Part shown: one piece after another, positions 16,992 to 26,916 of the stretch
Layout: each line of letters begins with the position of its first letter
Position numbering within the stretch: the stretch's first letter is position 1
IMG/VR virus record: IMGVR_UViG_3300023174_004998
Coordinates: 1-64,000 of that record
DNA: 64,000 nt
From: a virus
Direction: 5' to 3' (one strand)
Made by a program: the position numbers and the translations under genes
The notes under the pieces: generated by a model
Database searches by the model: none
The model's input: the letters and a program-made list of their open reading frames with translations, nothing else
Told to the model about the DNA's origin: nothing

Positions 16992-17975
16992 GTGCCCAAT
17001 TACACAGAACCCAACTTCAACAAAGCCATGATCCACATGCTACGGGGCTGTGGGGTTGACCCGCATTTTCTGCCCTGTGCCCTGGGGCGTCCCATTGTGA
17101 GCAGTCGCTGGCACATTGAGTTGCCAGAAATACCCGAGCATCGTTGGCGTCAGCCCAATTTCCGACTGGTCATACACGCCCAGGATTTCATACATTTTTT
17201 TGATAATCTCTGCGTGGAACTGCATTGGTTGGAACAACAGTACACACCTGAGCAACAATCAAAGATCATTTTTGTGTGCTGGGATCATAGACTGCATGAC
17301 ATATGGGAAGGTCGTATCAAAGTGGTCAATTTCGCCAGCCACAGTTTTGAATTGGTACATCAGTTGCGAGCTCGTTGGCCTGAGTGGCGGGATGTACACA
17401 ATAAAAATATACAATACAATTGGATCTGCCTAAATGGTCGAGCCAGAGAATACCGACAAGAAGTCTACAATCTACTGAGACACGAATCCACAGGATTTGT
17501 CAGTCACAGTATATTCAACCCCATTGACATACATCCCTACCAGGACTACAATTTTAACAATGTAGATAATTTTGTCAAACTCATGCCAGTGTATCAGTCA
17601 GCTCATGCTTCTGTACTAACTGAAAGTCTGTATCAAGACGTTGGCGGAATTGTAACAGAAAAAACACTGCTGGCCATAGCGGCACGACATCCCTTTATGT
17701 GCATAGGGCATAGATACTGTCATGAAGATGTGGCCCGTTTGGGATTCCAAAACTACAACGACGTGTTTGATCTCAGCTATGATTCAGAAGACAAATCAAC
17801 TAGACTGTATTCTGCTATAGAAAAGAATCGACAGCACCTTAGAGATTTTGCAGATGTTTCAGCAGTGCAAGAAAAAATCAACGCCAACTTTGAATGGCTC
17901 ATGGGTGGATATGCTGACAGCATTCGTGCTCTGGCCGAAGGTCAACTACGGAAGCTGTTTGAGAAAGGTTTTTAA
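16992..17975 (+). CDS. Hypothetical protein, possible GT-B glycosyltransferase-like
   Basis: VTEKTLLAI..HPF...G...GF..Y..FD.SYD; only credible plus-strand gene. Confidence 0.6.
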   Translation: MPNYTEPNFNKAMIHMLRGCGVDPHFLPCALGRPIVSSRWHIELPEIPEHRWRQPNFRLVIHAQDFIHFFDNLCVELHWLEQQYTPEQQSKIIFVCWDHRLHDIWEGRIKVVNFASHSFELVHQLRARWPEWRDVHNKNIQYNWICLNGRAREYRQEVYNLLRHESTGFVSHSIFNPIDIHPYQDYNFNNVDNFVKLMPVYQSAHASVLTESLYQDVGGIVTEKTLLAIAARHPFMCIGHRYCHEDVARLGFQNYNDVFDLSYDSEDKSTRLYSAIEKNRQHLRDFADVSAVQEKINANFEWLMGGYADSIRALAEGQLRKLFEKGF

Positions 17976-18308
17976 GTCGCCGTACAAGGTGGCCATCATG
18001 GCTTCGCGACTGCTAAACATTATCAGTCGACGTGCCAGTTTCTTTTCTATTTCTATGTAGTAAGGTGCCTGCAGTTTGCGGTCCAACAGCAAGATAAGAT
18101 TGCGATCAAACTTGCTGGGATCTAGATCCACAGTCCAGCTTTCAATGTCCATGAGTTTCAATGTTTGATATCCCAAGCCAGTGAGCCTGAGTCCGCCGGT
18201 GTTGCGTATGTTGACCCACCATATGGGTATGACATCTTCTGCGGTGTGACCGTGTCCAGCAGGTAATTCGTTGAGCAGTGCTCGGGTGAGTTCTAGTTTA
18301 TTTCGCAT
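17946..18308 (-). CDS. Hypothetical protein
   Basis: GGLRLT..G motif; coupled ORF. Confidence 0.6.
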   Translation of the reverse strand: MRNKLELTRALLNELPAGHGHTAEDVIPIWWVNIRNTGGLRLTGLGYQTLKLMDIESWTVDLDPSKFDRNLILLLDRKLQAPYYIEIEKKLARRLIMFSSREAMMATLYGDLKTFLKQLP

Positions 18309-18594
18309 CGGGGTAGATACGATCCCCGCTTTTGAGTAATACCACCGAGAACTTGTCGGTTTTGAATTGTGTGTTCAGCTTCTTGGCCAAGTTAATGGCA
18401 TGCCCAGGATTTGAGAATGAAACTTTTTTGTACTTGGGGCCAGGATACTGCACCAAGAAGTTGGAGGTCTTGAGGTTGATAGGGTTGTTGTCAAAGAACA
18501 CAGCCCATATACCTTCAGATGCTAACACCTGTTCGGTTTTGTAAGTGCTCTTGTTGGTAAGTTCTACGAGAACTTTGGGTTTTGGTCGGCTCAT
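18298..18594 (-). CDS. Hypothetical basic protein (MSRPKPKVL...)
   Basis: GGAG SD and CATAAATA upstream. Confidence 0.65.
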   Translation of the reverse strand: MSRPKPKVLVELTNKSTYKTEQVLASEGIWAVFFDNNPINLKTSNFLVQYPGPKYKKVSFSNPGHAINLAKKLNTQFKTDKFSVVLLKSGDRIYPDAK

Positions 18595-18632
18595 AATAAT
18601 CTCTCCAGTTTATTTATGATAAACTACGTAGA

Positions 18633-18839
18633 TTAAAATGATCCTCCTTGCATTTCCACTGTGACCACATCTGGGGTAGCAGATGGCTGTACACGCAGTT
18701 GCTCTAGGTCTAACAGTAGACGAGTTATCTCTGTGTGTAGCATTTTTGCATCTTGCAACGAACATGAGAAGTCCTTGGAGCCCCGCATTTCAAAATGCTG
18801 AAGGCGATCCACGAACTTCTTTATGTAAAGATTACTCAT
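18633..18839 (-). CDS. Hypothetical protein
   Basis: TAATG overlap. Confidence 0.55.
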   Translation of the reverse strand: MSNLYIKKFVDRLQHFEMRGSKDFSCSLQDAKMLHTEITRLLLDLEQLRVQPSATPDVVTVEMQGGSF

Positions 18840-19285
18840 TACTGGAATGTAAACTCGTCTGGTGAGTGTGTTGGTCCACGATAATCATAGCGTTGTAGCA
18901 AAATTAGCTTGGGACAGAATTCAGTGGTCCAATGACCATTGACTTCAATTTGATACCAACCAGCGGCAAACCACGATTTGGATTTCTTTTTCTTTGTGTA
19001 GATAGGTAATCTACGTTGCACATCGTAAATGGCATTGTGCGGAGAGGAGTCAGTGGCAAATCCATTGACTGCGTACTCTTTCTTTTCTTTCTTTTTTGTA
19101 GGAGGGTCTTCAAAAAAGATCTGTGTCTTGTTCTTTATTGTCTTAATGGTTTTGAATTCTTGCTGGTCGTTGTACATACGAACAGTGAATGAACCATTGT
19201 TGGTCACTTCAACGGATCCTATTTTGGCATCATTTTCTTTGAGGATCCAATATTTGTTTGCTACTACAGGTTTAGCTAGAATCAT
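18839..19285 (-). CDS. Hypothetical protein
   Basis: Coupled to rnh. Confidence 0.6.
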   Translation of the reverse strand: MILAKPVVANKYWILKENDAKIGSVEVTNNGSFTVRMYNDQQEFKTIKTIKNKTQIFFEDPPTKKKEKKEYAVNGFATDSSPHNAIYDVQRRLPIYTKKKKSKSWFAAGWYQIEVNGHWTTEFCPKLILLQRYDYRGPTHSPDEFTFQ

Positions 19286-20283
19286 TTATTCAACACTCCT
19301 TGGTACGTTTTGTTGAGCCATCGCCCAAATTGCTCGGCGTTTTCGCTGGCGCGGTTTAATTCATATTTACCACAGAATTTCATGAAGTGACTGCCAACTT
19401 GGCCCACGTCTTTGTGGCTGATTTGCTCCAGAATAGCCCCGTCTACTGCGGCTTTTACTGTGTCGGGCTGTGCTGTCAAATCAATGAGGCTACGATTGCG
19501 TACATAATCATCCAGCACACGATGCTCTGCACCGTTGTGATCAGTCCAGCGTTGTAGCATTAAATTGTTCCAGTTGTAGCCTTTGGCATTACGGTCAGCA
19601 AAGGCTTCTTGCAAGCCCACTTTGTTTTTAGTGCCTTTTGTACGCACCCCAGGAAATGCTGAAAATACATTGTCTGACGTGTCGCCACGCATGCACTTTT
19701 CAAATAGCAACCATTCTGGGTCGGGAATCTTTTTGGGCTCTTTTGTTTTCTTATCAATCACTGGTTTGCCTCGGGCATCAAAGATGCCTTTGACAGTGAG
19801 TAACTCATCTGTGATGCCATTGTATTGATGAACATTTTCTGCCAAGAGTTGCACAAAATCTGTATCGCTGGAAATGATGTAGTGTTCGTCCGCAGGATGC
19901 AAGGCAATCCAGCGAGCAATGATGTCATCTGCTTCGGCATTGGGTTCACGCAGTACACTACAGTTGGTACGTTTTTCCAAGTACTCTTTGAACATGTCAA
20001 ATGTTTCCCAGAACAGCTTGTCTTCTTCTGCTTCACGTTCTGTATGTGCGGCACGGGCATCACTGCGATTCTTTTTATAGGGCGTATAAAAGTCCTTGCG
20101 CCAGCTTCTCCCCTCCAGTGCAAATACCACATGATCTGCAGGAAATCGATTGAATACCTTGTTTACAGCACTCAATGTGATGTGTAGAGCATAGCCTACT
20201 TTCTCCCAAGGATCCTCAGCACGAAAAGCCACGTGTCGGGCTCGGAAAAACATATTGGCAGTGTCAATCAGTAAGTAGCGCAT
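19282..20283 (-). CDS. rnh: T4-like RNase H / 5'-3' exonuclease
   Basis: LIDTAN, SWRK..Y..YK.NR, EADDIIA, SSDTDFVQL, GDTSDNV. Confidence 0.88.
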   Translation of the reverse strand: MRYLLIDTANMFFRARHVAFRAEDPWEKVGYALHITLSAVNKVFNRFPADHVVFALEGRSWRKDFYTPYKKNRSDARAAHTEREAEEDKLFWETFDMFKEYLEKRTNCSVLREPNAEADDIIARWIALHPADEHYIISSDTDFVQLLAENVHQYNGITDELLTVKGIFDARGKPVIDKKTKEPKKIPDPEWLLFEKCMRGDTSDNVFSAFPGVRTKGTKNKVGLQEAFADRNAKGYNWNNLMLQRWTDHNGAEHRVLDDYVRNRSLIDLTAQPDTVKAAVDGAILEQISHKDVGQVGSHFMKFCGKYELNRASENAEQFGRWLNKTYQGVLNK

Positions 20284-20286
20284 AGC

Positions 20287-20991
20287 TCATAAGAATTTGT
20301 TGTCGATACAGTATTGTAACATAAAACGAGCCCAAAAGCTATGAGCTTGTTTACCAAAATGCCAGGAATTGGGTGCTACCGTTTCGTGCCCATTCTTGGT
20401 CAATGTAGCCGAAAAGGTCTGATTTGGATCATAGGGCCCAATGTAGTTGACACCCCAGTCTTTCTTTTCTTTTATTGAAGAAAAATCATTGTTGCCATTG
20501 AAGAACACATGCGGAATATTCTTTTCTTTGAGTTCATTATGAAATGCCCAGATCATGTTGTGGGCATCTTGTGTTTTGGCTCTCCAGTCCAAGCCAATGA
20601 TGTAGTTACGGTACTGTTCCTGTAGTTCTTGTGGAACATGATCAGTACCACTGGCATTGACCTGATAGAATTTTCCGTTGCTGAGCCACTCTTCGCGCTC
20701 CCAGGTTGACCACTGTATGATCATCAGTGTGCGATACCAGTCCTGCGGGTTGGCATCAATCCAAGCACGGGTAGTGCGCAGAATACGATCATTTGAGCTG
20801 GCGCTTTCTGCTTCGCAACGAAACACTGCTTTGGCAGTATCGGCCAGAGTACGACCCCAGCTCACTGCTAGATTGTCAGGATGTGGTGCTCGCCCTTGAT
20901 AAAACAGTTGGCCATCGTCCATGGCAAATGCATGGGCATTTACAGCTTCTGCGGCTGCGGTGTGGCTGTCTCCGTTTACATACAATATCAT
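20287..20991 (-). CDS. SGNH/GDSL-like hydrolase-fold protein
   Basis: NGDSHT, SSNDRI, terminal WH..AH. Confidence 0.5.
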   Translation of the reverse strand: MILYVNGDSHTAAAEAVNAHAFAMDDGQLFYQGRAPHPDNLAVSWGRTLADTAKAVFRCEAESASSNDRILRTTRAWIDANPQDWYRTLMIIQWSTWEREEWLSNGKFYQVNASGTDHVPQELQEQYRNYIIGLDWRAKTQDAHNMIWAFHNELKEKNIPHVFFNGNNDFSSIKEKKDWGVNYIGPYDPNQTFSATLTKNGHETVAPNSWHFGKQAHSFWARFMLQYCIDNKFL

Positions 20992-21464
20992 TGTTGTTTG
21001 AGTGCCTTGAATGTTTCTGCTTCGGCTACACGTTTGCGCAGACTGCTGGAACTAAATGAATGATCACGTCCGTTGAACACAATTTCAATACCGCGCTGAA
21101 AACACTCTTGACGCCCACTGTAGTCTTTGTGTTCATATTCTACGCCCAGGATACGCACATCCACGGGCAAGATCAACAACAAGTCTATCAAGTCTTGCTC
21201 TGTTTGATACACAACCACTTCGTCCACATAGCGACAAGCGGCCAACTGTATCTGTCGTTCCACAATACTCTGTACAGGACAATTTTTAGTATCAGGGCGG
21301 TCTATGGTGGGATCAGTTTGCAATCCACAAATTAAGTAATCGCAATGATTCTTGGCTTCGGCCAACATGGCAATGTGTCCTGCATGCAACATGTCAAAGG
21401 TTGAGAAGGTGATACCAATCTTTTTACCGTCTTCTTTGAGTTTGCGAATGTGATTGAAAATCAT
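20988..21464 (-). CDS. Cytidylyltransferase (TagD-like)
   Basis: TFDMLHAGH, YVDEVV, RDHSFSSS; start at MIFNH. Confidence 0.85.
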   Translation of the reverse strand: MIFNHIRKLKEDGKKIGITFSTFDMLHAGHIAMLAEAKNHCDYLICGLQTDPTIDRPDTKNCPVQSIVERQIQLAACRYVDEVVVYQTEQDLIDLLLILPVDVRILGVEYEHKDYSGRQECFQRGIEIVFNGRDHSFSSSSLRKRVAEAETFKALKQQ

Positions 21465-21877
21465 CCTACTTCTCTCCTGCCATCGCCGATGTCTCGACTC
21501 TGCATGTAGCGTGATCCGTTGTTGATGGCTTCTACCTGTTCCCAAGTTTCCAGTACCACGTTGCGGCACACTGCTTGAAACCATTGGTCCACTAGATCTG
21601 CATCGGTCTTTCCTTGATATCCTGCACGTACCAAGTTGGCAATGAACTTCTCATTCCAGTCAAATTCAAATGCACCCGAGTTGATATCATTGGGGTCAAC
21701 GTCCATGCTCAGTATGGCGATGTAAGGCTCGCCCTTTTCTGTGGCCAAGTCTTTGTCGGACTTTTTCTTACCTTTTGACGGTTCTGCAGACTTTTTTATA
21801 TCTTTGACAACATTTTCGTTAGAATCCACTGTTTTGCTAACTTTTTCTTTTCTTTTAAACAGATCAAATATTCCCAT
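21461..21877 (-). CDS. Hypothetical protein
   Basis: Coupled ORF. Confidence 0.6.
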   Translation of the reverse strand: MGIFDLFKRKEKVSKTVDSNENVVKDIKKSAEPSKGKKKSDKDLATEKGEPYIAILSMDVDPNDINSGAFEFDWNEKFIANLVRAGYQGKTDADLVDQWFQAVCRNVVLETWEQVEAINNGSRYMQSRDIGDGRREVG

Positions 21878-22226
21878 TTTCTTTCCTTTTCAATTCCAGT
21901 AGCACTTGTAATTTATCGTAAGCATCCTTCAGCGTGGTATCTTCTTGTATTATCTTAAAATCCTGTATCCAGCTGGCAGTTGACGCCCATCCATCATCGC
22001 CGCCGTTGTTGCGATACACAGCATCAGCTTCGGTGAGATATCCTTCGTAGTGGTCAGGGTCAATGCCAAAGAACGCATTGCCATCCATCATGGCCAGAGT
22101 TTCTGCAATAGGGCGGAGTTTGCGTCGATCTTCGTCCGTGAACACTCTACGCCATCCGCCGTCGGGCTCTTCTATTTCGTAAACTATCTTGGCACGGTCA
22201 GGCGGATCTATATAAACTTTGCTCAT
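21864..22226 (-). CDS. Hypothetical protein
   Basis: Coupled ORF. Confidence 0.55.
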   Translation of the reverse strand: MSKVYIDPPDRAKIVYEIEEPDGGWRRVFTDEDRRKLRPIAETLAMMDGNAFFGIDPDHYEGYLTEADAVYRNNGGDDGWASTASWIQDFKIIQEDTTLKDAYDKLQVLLELKRKENGNI

Positions 22227-22705
22227 TCTACAATGTTTCCGTGCTCGTCTATTTCACACCAGGTATAGTCGCCCATCCATTTTACTCTGGCTATGTATTG
22301 ATAGTTATCTGGAGCCGCTGTGCTCCAGTCACTGGGCCCAAGATGTGTGAGTATGATTCTGTCATGCCTTGTATCTTGTGCTAGCCAGTAGGGCTTTCCG
22401 TGATAGGTTTGAAACTGATAGTAAGCACTGTGTACCATGTCTGTGATATCCAGTCGTCGCTTGATGCCTGCAGCCTGACGTTGTAACACTGTGACCAGTT
22501 CTAAAATACGATCGTATTCTTGCTGGGCATGCATCCTGGCCACATTGACCATGATGTCTTTTTGTTTTTCAACCGGAATAAGATCAAACTTGGGCCCACC
22601 AGCTTCGGTGGGGTAAGGAGTTATGTTCCTGTTAAAGAACTCGACTACTACATTGCCGGTGGCGATATCAAAACTATCACGACCTTTGGCACTGTTATTT
22701 TCCAA
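22223..22705 (-). CDS. Hypothetical protein (possibly DUF2452-like)
   Basis: PYPT..GGPKF, coiled coil, GP.DW..D.TW. Confidence 0.5.
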   Translation of the reverse strand: MENNSAKGRDSFDIATGNVVVEFFNRNITPYPTEAGGPKFDLIPVEKQKDIMVNVARMHAQQEYDRILELVTVLQRQAAGIKRRLDITDMVHSAYYQFQTYHGKPYWLAQDTRHDRIILTHLGPSDWSTAAPDNYQYIARVKWMGDYTWCEIDEHGNIVE

Positions 22706-23587
22706 TCAAGTACCCCAAGCATTGCGCCAGATATCTACCTGCAGTCTAGGACTGTAACGCCAGCCTCGTTCCAGGGCCATGGTTGCCACTTCTTGTGTAT
22801 TCAAGTTGTAGACCTGTGGAACACCGCCCACTGGCATCAAGTACACAGGGCCACCAAATCCAGCTTGTCTGTATTCTTCCACAGCACGTTCAGCATCAGC
22901 TACGTCTTGACGTGTGGCCACCACAAACTTGAGATAAGTGTAGCCTACCATTTCATAGCTCTTGACCACTTTGGGGTTGATTGCATTTTCCCACGATTCA
23001 CCAGAGCATGGTAGTTTAGGACTCACAGAGAAAGTCAAACGATCGTAGTCTCTACCATGACGTGTGAATTCTTCAAACAAGTATTCATGCACTTCAGGAT
23101 ATAACTCTTGACTACCATTGGTTTCAAAGGTGAGATCACGCAGTCCAGATCTGCGACAATACTCCAACATCTCAGGATACAGTTGTTGATAGCCCAGCAA
23201 TGGCTCTCCTCCGGTGATCACAAGATGTACTGCATCGCCTGTGCCTTGATCCCAACGGTTGTTGGGTATAAGAGCATGCATCTTGTTGGCAATGATATCC
23301 ACAGGATCCTGATCATTGAATCGTTTGAATTCAGGATAGATTGATGCGTAAGTGTCGCAACCAGATGTGACCAAGGGCAAGTCTTCAAACTTGTTGTACT
23401 TGTCGATGTTCTTGATGATCTCAACAACTTCTGGATTGTGTCCTTCTACTACTTCGTCTCGTGGACGACCGAACTTTTTGCAACGGAAGTTACAACCGTA
23501 GGTGCGGAAGAATACACTGGGCACTCCGGCCCATTTTCCTTCGCCTTGCAAACTATAAAATATTTCTGTGTATGTAATTTTTTCCAT
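22706..23587 (-). CDS. queE: 7-carboxy-7-deazaguanine synthase (radical SAM)
   Basis: EIFYSLQGEG..G.PSVF.RT.GCNFRC..(insert)..CDT, VITGGEPL, ETNGS, VSPKL. Confidence 0.92.
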   Translation of the reverse strand: MEKITYTEIFYSLQGEGKWAGVPSVFFRTYGCNFRCKKFGRPRDEVVEGHNPEVVEIIKNIDKYNKFEDLPLVTSGCDTYASIYPEFKRFNDQDPVDIIANKMHALIPNNRWDQGTGDAVHLVITGGEPLLGYQQLYPEMLEYCRRSGLRDLTFETNGSQELYPEVHEYLFEEFTRHGRDYDRLTFSVSPKLPCSGESWENAINPKVVKSYEMVGYTYLKFVVATRQDVADAERAVEEYRQAGFGGPVYLMPVGGVPQVYNLNTQEVATMALERGWRYSPRLQVDIWRNAWGT

Positions 23588-23749
23588 TTACCAATGCCTT
23601 ATAACACCTGCTATGATGAAACCGTTTGTGATAATATATGTTAACACAATCAGTGTGCGAATGCAAGCGATGATGTCAGCTTCTTGCTTATTCACACCAG
23701 CTTTTTCGCCTAAACTCCTTGCCCACAGACGCCAAATCTTCCTAAACAT
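23588..23749 (-). CDS. Small membrane protein
   Basis: WARSLGEK + C-terminal hydrophobic helix. Confidence 0.55.
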   Translation of the reverse strand: MFRKIWRLWARSLGEKAGVNKQEADIIACIRTLIVLTYIITNGFIIAGVIRHW

Positions 23750-24090
23750 CAGTGGTTTCTCTTTCCTTGAAATACGCAATTAAAAACCAAATCACTTTCT
23801 ACATCGTTGATCACTTTATGGAATGCACCATCAGGTATGAGCACGATATCTCCACCTATCACACGGAATGGTTCGCTGTCTTCTTCTCCAACGATCATTT
23901 TACCTGCACCTTGTATGAAGAAATAAACTTCTTCTTGTCCAGGATGCCTGTGCCCACGTGTTTGTTGTTTTCCACGAAGTTTGGTAGAACTCAACACAAG
24001 ATTATTTAGGTCGTGATTGTCCTTGAGCAAATAAACTTCTGTGTCTTTGACAACCTCGCCACCAATATCATGAAACGAATATTTCTTCAT
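23749..24090 (-). CDS. Cupin-domain protein
   Basis: GHRH..QEEVY, GD.VLIP.G.FH.V.N. Confidence 0.8.
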   Translation of the reverse strand: MKKYSFHDIGGEVVKDTEVYLLKDNHDLNNLVLSSTKLRGKQQTRGHRHPGQEEVYFFIQGAGKMIVGEEDSEPFRVIGGDIVLIPDGAFHKVINDVESDLVFNCVFQGKRNH

Positions 24091-24496
24091 CTAAATACCT
24101 TTTTAATTCTTTGTCTGTGGGTTCTACTGTGTAATTCTGCTTGAAGAATATCTCATAACTGTCTGACCCATATTTGCCAATACCATATAGCATTGTAGCA
24201 TCATCGCCGTCCCAAGTCAAGAAATCATGAGTCATTCCTTTGAGTCTTTGGTAACGCACATTGACCATGCCCAAAGGCCAGATCACGTCCTTGACTTCTT
24301 GTTCTGTGGCTTTAAGGAACTCCAACGGATGCGGCCAATGGTGCATGAAGATAGGGAACACTGTTTTCACAGGCTTACGCCCAGTTTGGTTGAGCATGAT
24401 CACTGCTACCATGTGTTGCCAGGCACCTTGAAGATTGGTTAGCCCAGCAGGTAACTGCTGTTGAACCATTAGGTCATCTCTTAAAGGCTGGATCAT
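24068..24496 (-). CDS. HhH-GPD DNA glycosylase, MBD4-like
   Basis: IMLNQT, PLGM...R, LYGIGKYGSDSYEIF, PTDKEL..Y. Confidence 0.75.
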   Translation of the reverse strand: MIQPLRDDLMVQQQLPAGLTNLQGAWQHMVAVIMLNQTGRKPVKTVFPIFMHHWPHPLEFLKATEQEVKDVIWPLGMVNVRYQRLKGMTHDFLTWDGDDATMLYGIGKYGSDSYEIFFKQNYTVEPTDKELKRYLDEEIFVS

Positions 24497-24962
24497 AGTC
24501 TTCTACCTTTCTTAATGTGTCTTTCCAAGTGTACGAGAGCAAGTCGCTTTCTACATATTCTCTATTGTGGTCTTTGATATCTAACAATACTCCACGCACA
24601 CAAAGATCCTTGTGAAGACCGCCAAATAATACTATGCGTGGATCTAGGTGTTCAATCACTGCTTTGGTTTGTTGATTGCTGGTTGTGATCCAATCCTGCT
24701 CTCTACATAAAACATTACGATGCGGAATCATTCCATTCTCTGTGATTTGTAAGTTATCGTGCCATCCATCTATGTTGTTGGATTTGACATGTTGTTGGTA
24801 CCAGGCAGTGTTTACAAAATCAAATTGCCAAATTTTTGTCCAGGTCGTTTGATTGGCATCCAACGCACAACGACGTGCATGCTCGGTCCACTTGATTTCT
24901 TTTAACGATGGGTCATCTTCCCAAACGTGAACCATTACTAAAACTACATCAGGCCGTGTCAT
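24474..24962 (-). CDS. Cysteine-hydrolase/isochorismatase-like protein
   Basis: VLVMVHVW, FGGLHKDLCV. Confidence 0.35.
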   Translation of the reverse strand: MTRPDVVLVMVHVWEDDPSLKEIKWTEHARRCALDANQTTWTKIWQFDFVNTAWYQQHVKSNNIDGWHDNLQITENGMIPHRNVLCREQDWITTSNQQTKAVIEHLDPRIVLFGGLHKDLCVRGVLLDIKDHNREYVESDLLSYTWKDTLRKVEDYDPAFKR

Positions 24963-26356
24963 ACATTCAAATATGGAAACACACCACGCCAGTCTGTGCC
25001 ACGACGGCGGTCTAGTTCATCGAGATAGATATGCAGTTTTGTAATTTCTTCTCGATTGTGTTCAGAGAATACTTCCAAATACTTTCTCATACCTTCCATA
25101 CGATCAACAGCTTCACGTTGTTCGTTGGTGTCTTTGGGCATGACTGCAAACACACGGTCAAAGGTCTCGCGCCAGAAATCATAAGCATAGATGTTGGGAT
25201 GCTGGAACATCTGCGAGCCAGTGTAGAATTGAAAATAGTGACCAATATGTCTGTTCTTGCCGTAGTGTGCCAGCTTCTCAATTAGATCGGGCATGGTTTT
25301 CATTGTAAGACAAGTTATAGTTTGATTGGCATTGAGTCGCAACCAATCTCCTTGATCAGCGGCCCAGGCAAATCTTTCTTCAAACTTGGCTAGATTTAAT
25401 CCAGACCTAGCATACTCTGCTTCTGCTCCCCAACAATCAATGCTGGCAGTGAGGTCAAATACTCGAATGTGTTTGCGTTGTTGTAAGTCTTGTATTCTAG
25501 GAATATAGAGATTCCATACCTTGTCCGGCACGTTGAGATTGCTGAATACACAGAATTGCAGTTCGGGATTTGGATTGCGTTCAATGATATCTAGCACGCC
25601 CGACATGAGTTCGTGCTGTATAAAAGTTTCGCCACCCAGCAAGTGTAATCGTTTCAATGACTTTATATTTTTTTCAAGCCATGACATAAACTTTTTAAAG
25701 TATTCTGTAGTGGTAACAGGAACTTCTGTGACTGGTATAACAACACCGCCTTGATTAAATTCACCAAACTTGCGATTCTCTTGTTCTATCTTGGAACTGA
25801 GATTGCTGTTGCAATAGGTACATTGCAGATTACAAGTATTCTGAGCAAATATTTCTACTATACGAGGACTTACTTCTGTAGCGGTGGGATCGCTTTCTAA
25901 CTCTGGTGGTGTAAGATCTCTTATTTCTAAATTGTGTTGTCGATCGCTCCATCCACCAGCATCTTCAATGACCTTGCAATACTCACACCCACCTTGAGGC
26001 CATTTACCTTGCAACATCAACTGTCGGTCTGCTAGTTTTTTAGGCACATTGTGAAAGTTATCAAAATCTTCCAGCGCAAAAGGCACAGGGTTTACTCTGT
26101 GACACGATGCTGTACTGAGCTGATTGAGATAGATGGTACTCCAAGTCCATTTGCTCTGACAAGCAGTTTTAGTAGAAATAGGAAATTTAATACCTTCCTT
26201 TTTTCGCATGGCAGTGAACTCTGCAATTTCTTGCTGTATCTCAGGAATGTCTGAACGATGGCCTTGCAAAAAGTCGTCATAGGCGGGCCAATCGGGACCG
26301 GCAAATACTCGATAATCTTCAGGTGTTATGTATAACCTAAGATTGGATGATTTCAT
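24959..26356 (-). CDS. Radical SAM protein
   Basis: CNLQCTYC, LGGETF, SIDCWG..AEYARSG; extra N-terminal Cys cluster; start at MKSSN. Confidence 0.85.
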   Translation of the reverse strand: MKSSNLRLYITPEDYRVFAGPDWPAYDDFLQGHRSDIPEIQQEIAEFTAMRKKEGIKFPISTKTACQSKWTWSTIYLNQLSTASCHRVNPVPFALEDFDNFHNVPKKLADRQLMLQGKWPQGGCEYCKVIEDAGGWSDRQHNLEIRDLTPPELESDPTATEVSPRIVEIFAQNTCNLQCTYCNSNLSSKIEQENRKFGEFNQGGVVIPVTEVPVTTTEYFKKFMSWLEKNIKSLKRLHLLGGETFIQHELMSGVLDIIERNPNPELQFCVFSNLNVPDKVWNLYIPRIQDLQQRKHIRVFDLTASIDCWGAEAEYARSGLNLAKFEERFAWAADQGDWLRLNANQTITCLTMKTMPDLIEKLAHYGKNRHIGHYFQFYTGSQMFQHPNIYAYDFWRETFDRVFAVMPKDTNEQREAVDRMEGMRKYLEVFSEHNREEITKLHIYLDELDRRRGTDWRGVFPYLNV

Positions 26357-26916
26357 AGTTTGTAATGCTCTTCGTTGGGGTGCCAGTTTTTCCACCACTC
26401 TTCCCAGGGGAATACTATCCATTGTGGGTCTGCTACTTTGTTTACCGTCTCTGCGGTGTAGTTTACATATATTTCAGCGGCACTGGTTTCATTGTCGTAC
26501 AGTGTGGCAATGCGTACATTATTGCCCCAGATTTCAGCCCATCTAGAATCGTTGGGGAAACAACTGTTCTGCCAATCTTGGCGTATCCAGTTTATAGTGG
26601 CGCCCGAGTCGTTGATGTCATCCACTATGAGAATGTTTTTTCTACCATCACCAGAGCACATTGGGTCATAAACTTCATGTCCAAATGCATCCTCGGCCAT
26701 CCAACAATTACTTTCGCATTCACCACCATCTCTCAAACTCACTTTGAGAGTTTCCATAGGGCAATCTAGATATTGGCTGATGAGATTGGCTGGCACCAGT
26801 CCACCACGTGTGATGCCCACTACATAGTCTGGACGCCATCCATCTAAATGCATCTGGCGCATGACCTCTTGAGTTTGTCTTTGTACATCAGTCCAACTTA
26901 CATAAACTTTTTTCAT
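26353..26916 (-). CDS. Type I phosphoribosyltransferase (purine PRT-like)
   Basis: GITRGGLVPA, ILIVDDINDSGAT, WIVFPWE. Confidence 0.88.
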   Translation of the reverse strand: MKKVYVSWTDVQRQTQEVMRQMHLDGWRPDYVVGITRGGLVPANLISQYLDCPMETLKVSLRDGGECESNCWMAEDAFGHEVYDPMCSGDGRKNILIVDDINDSGATINWIRQDWQNSCFPNDSRWAEIWGNNVRIATLYDNETSAAEIYVNYTAETVNKVADPQWIVFPWEEWWKNWHPNEEHYKL

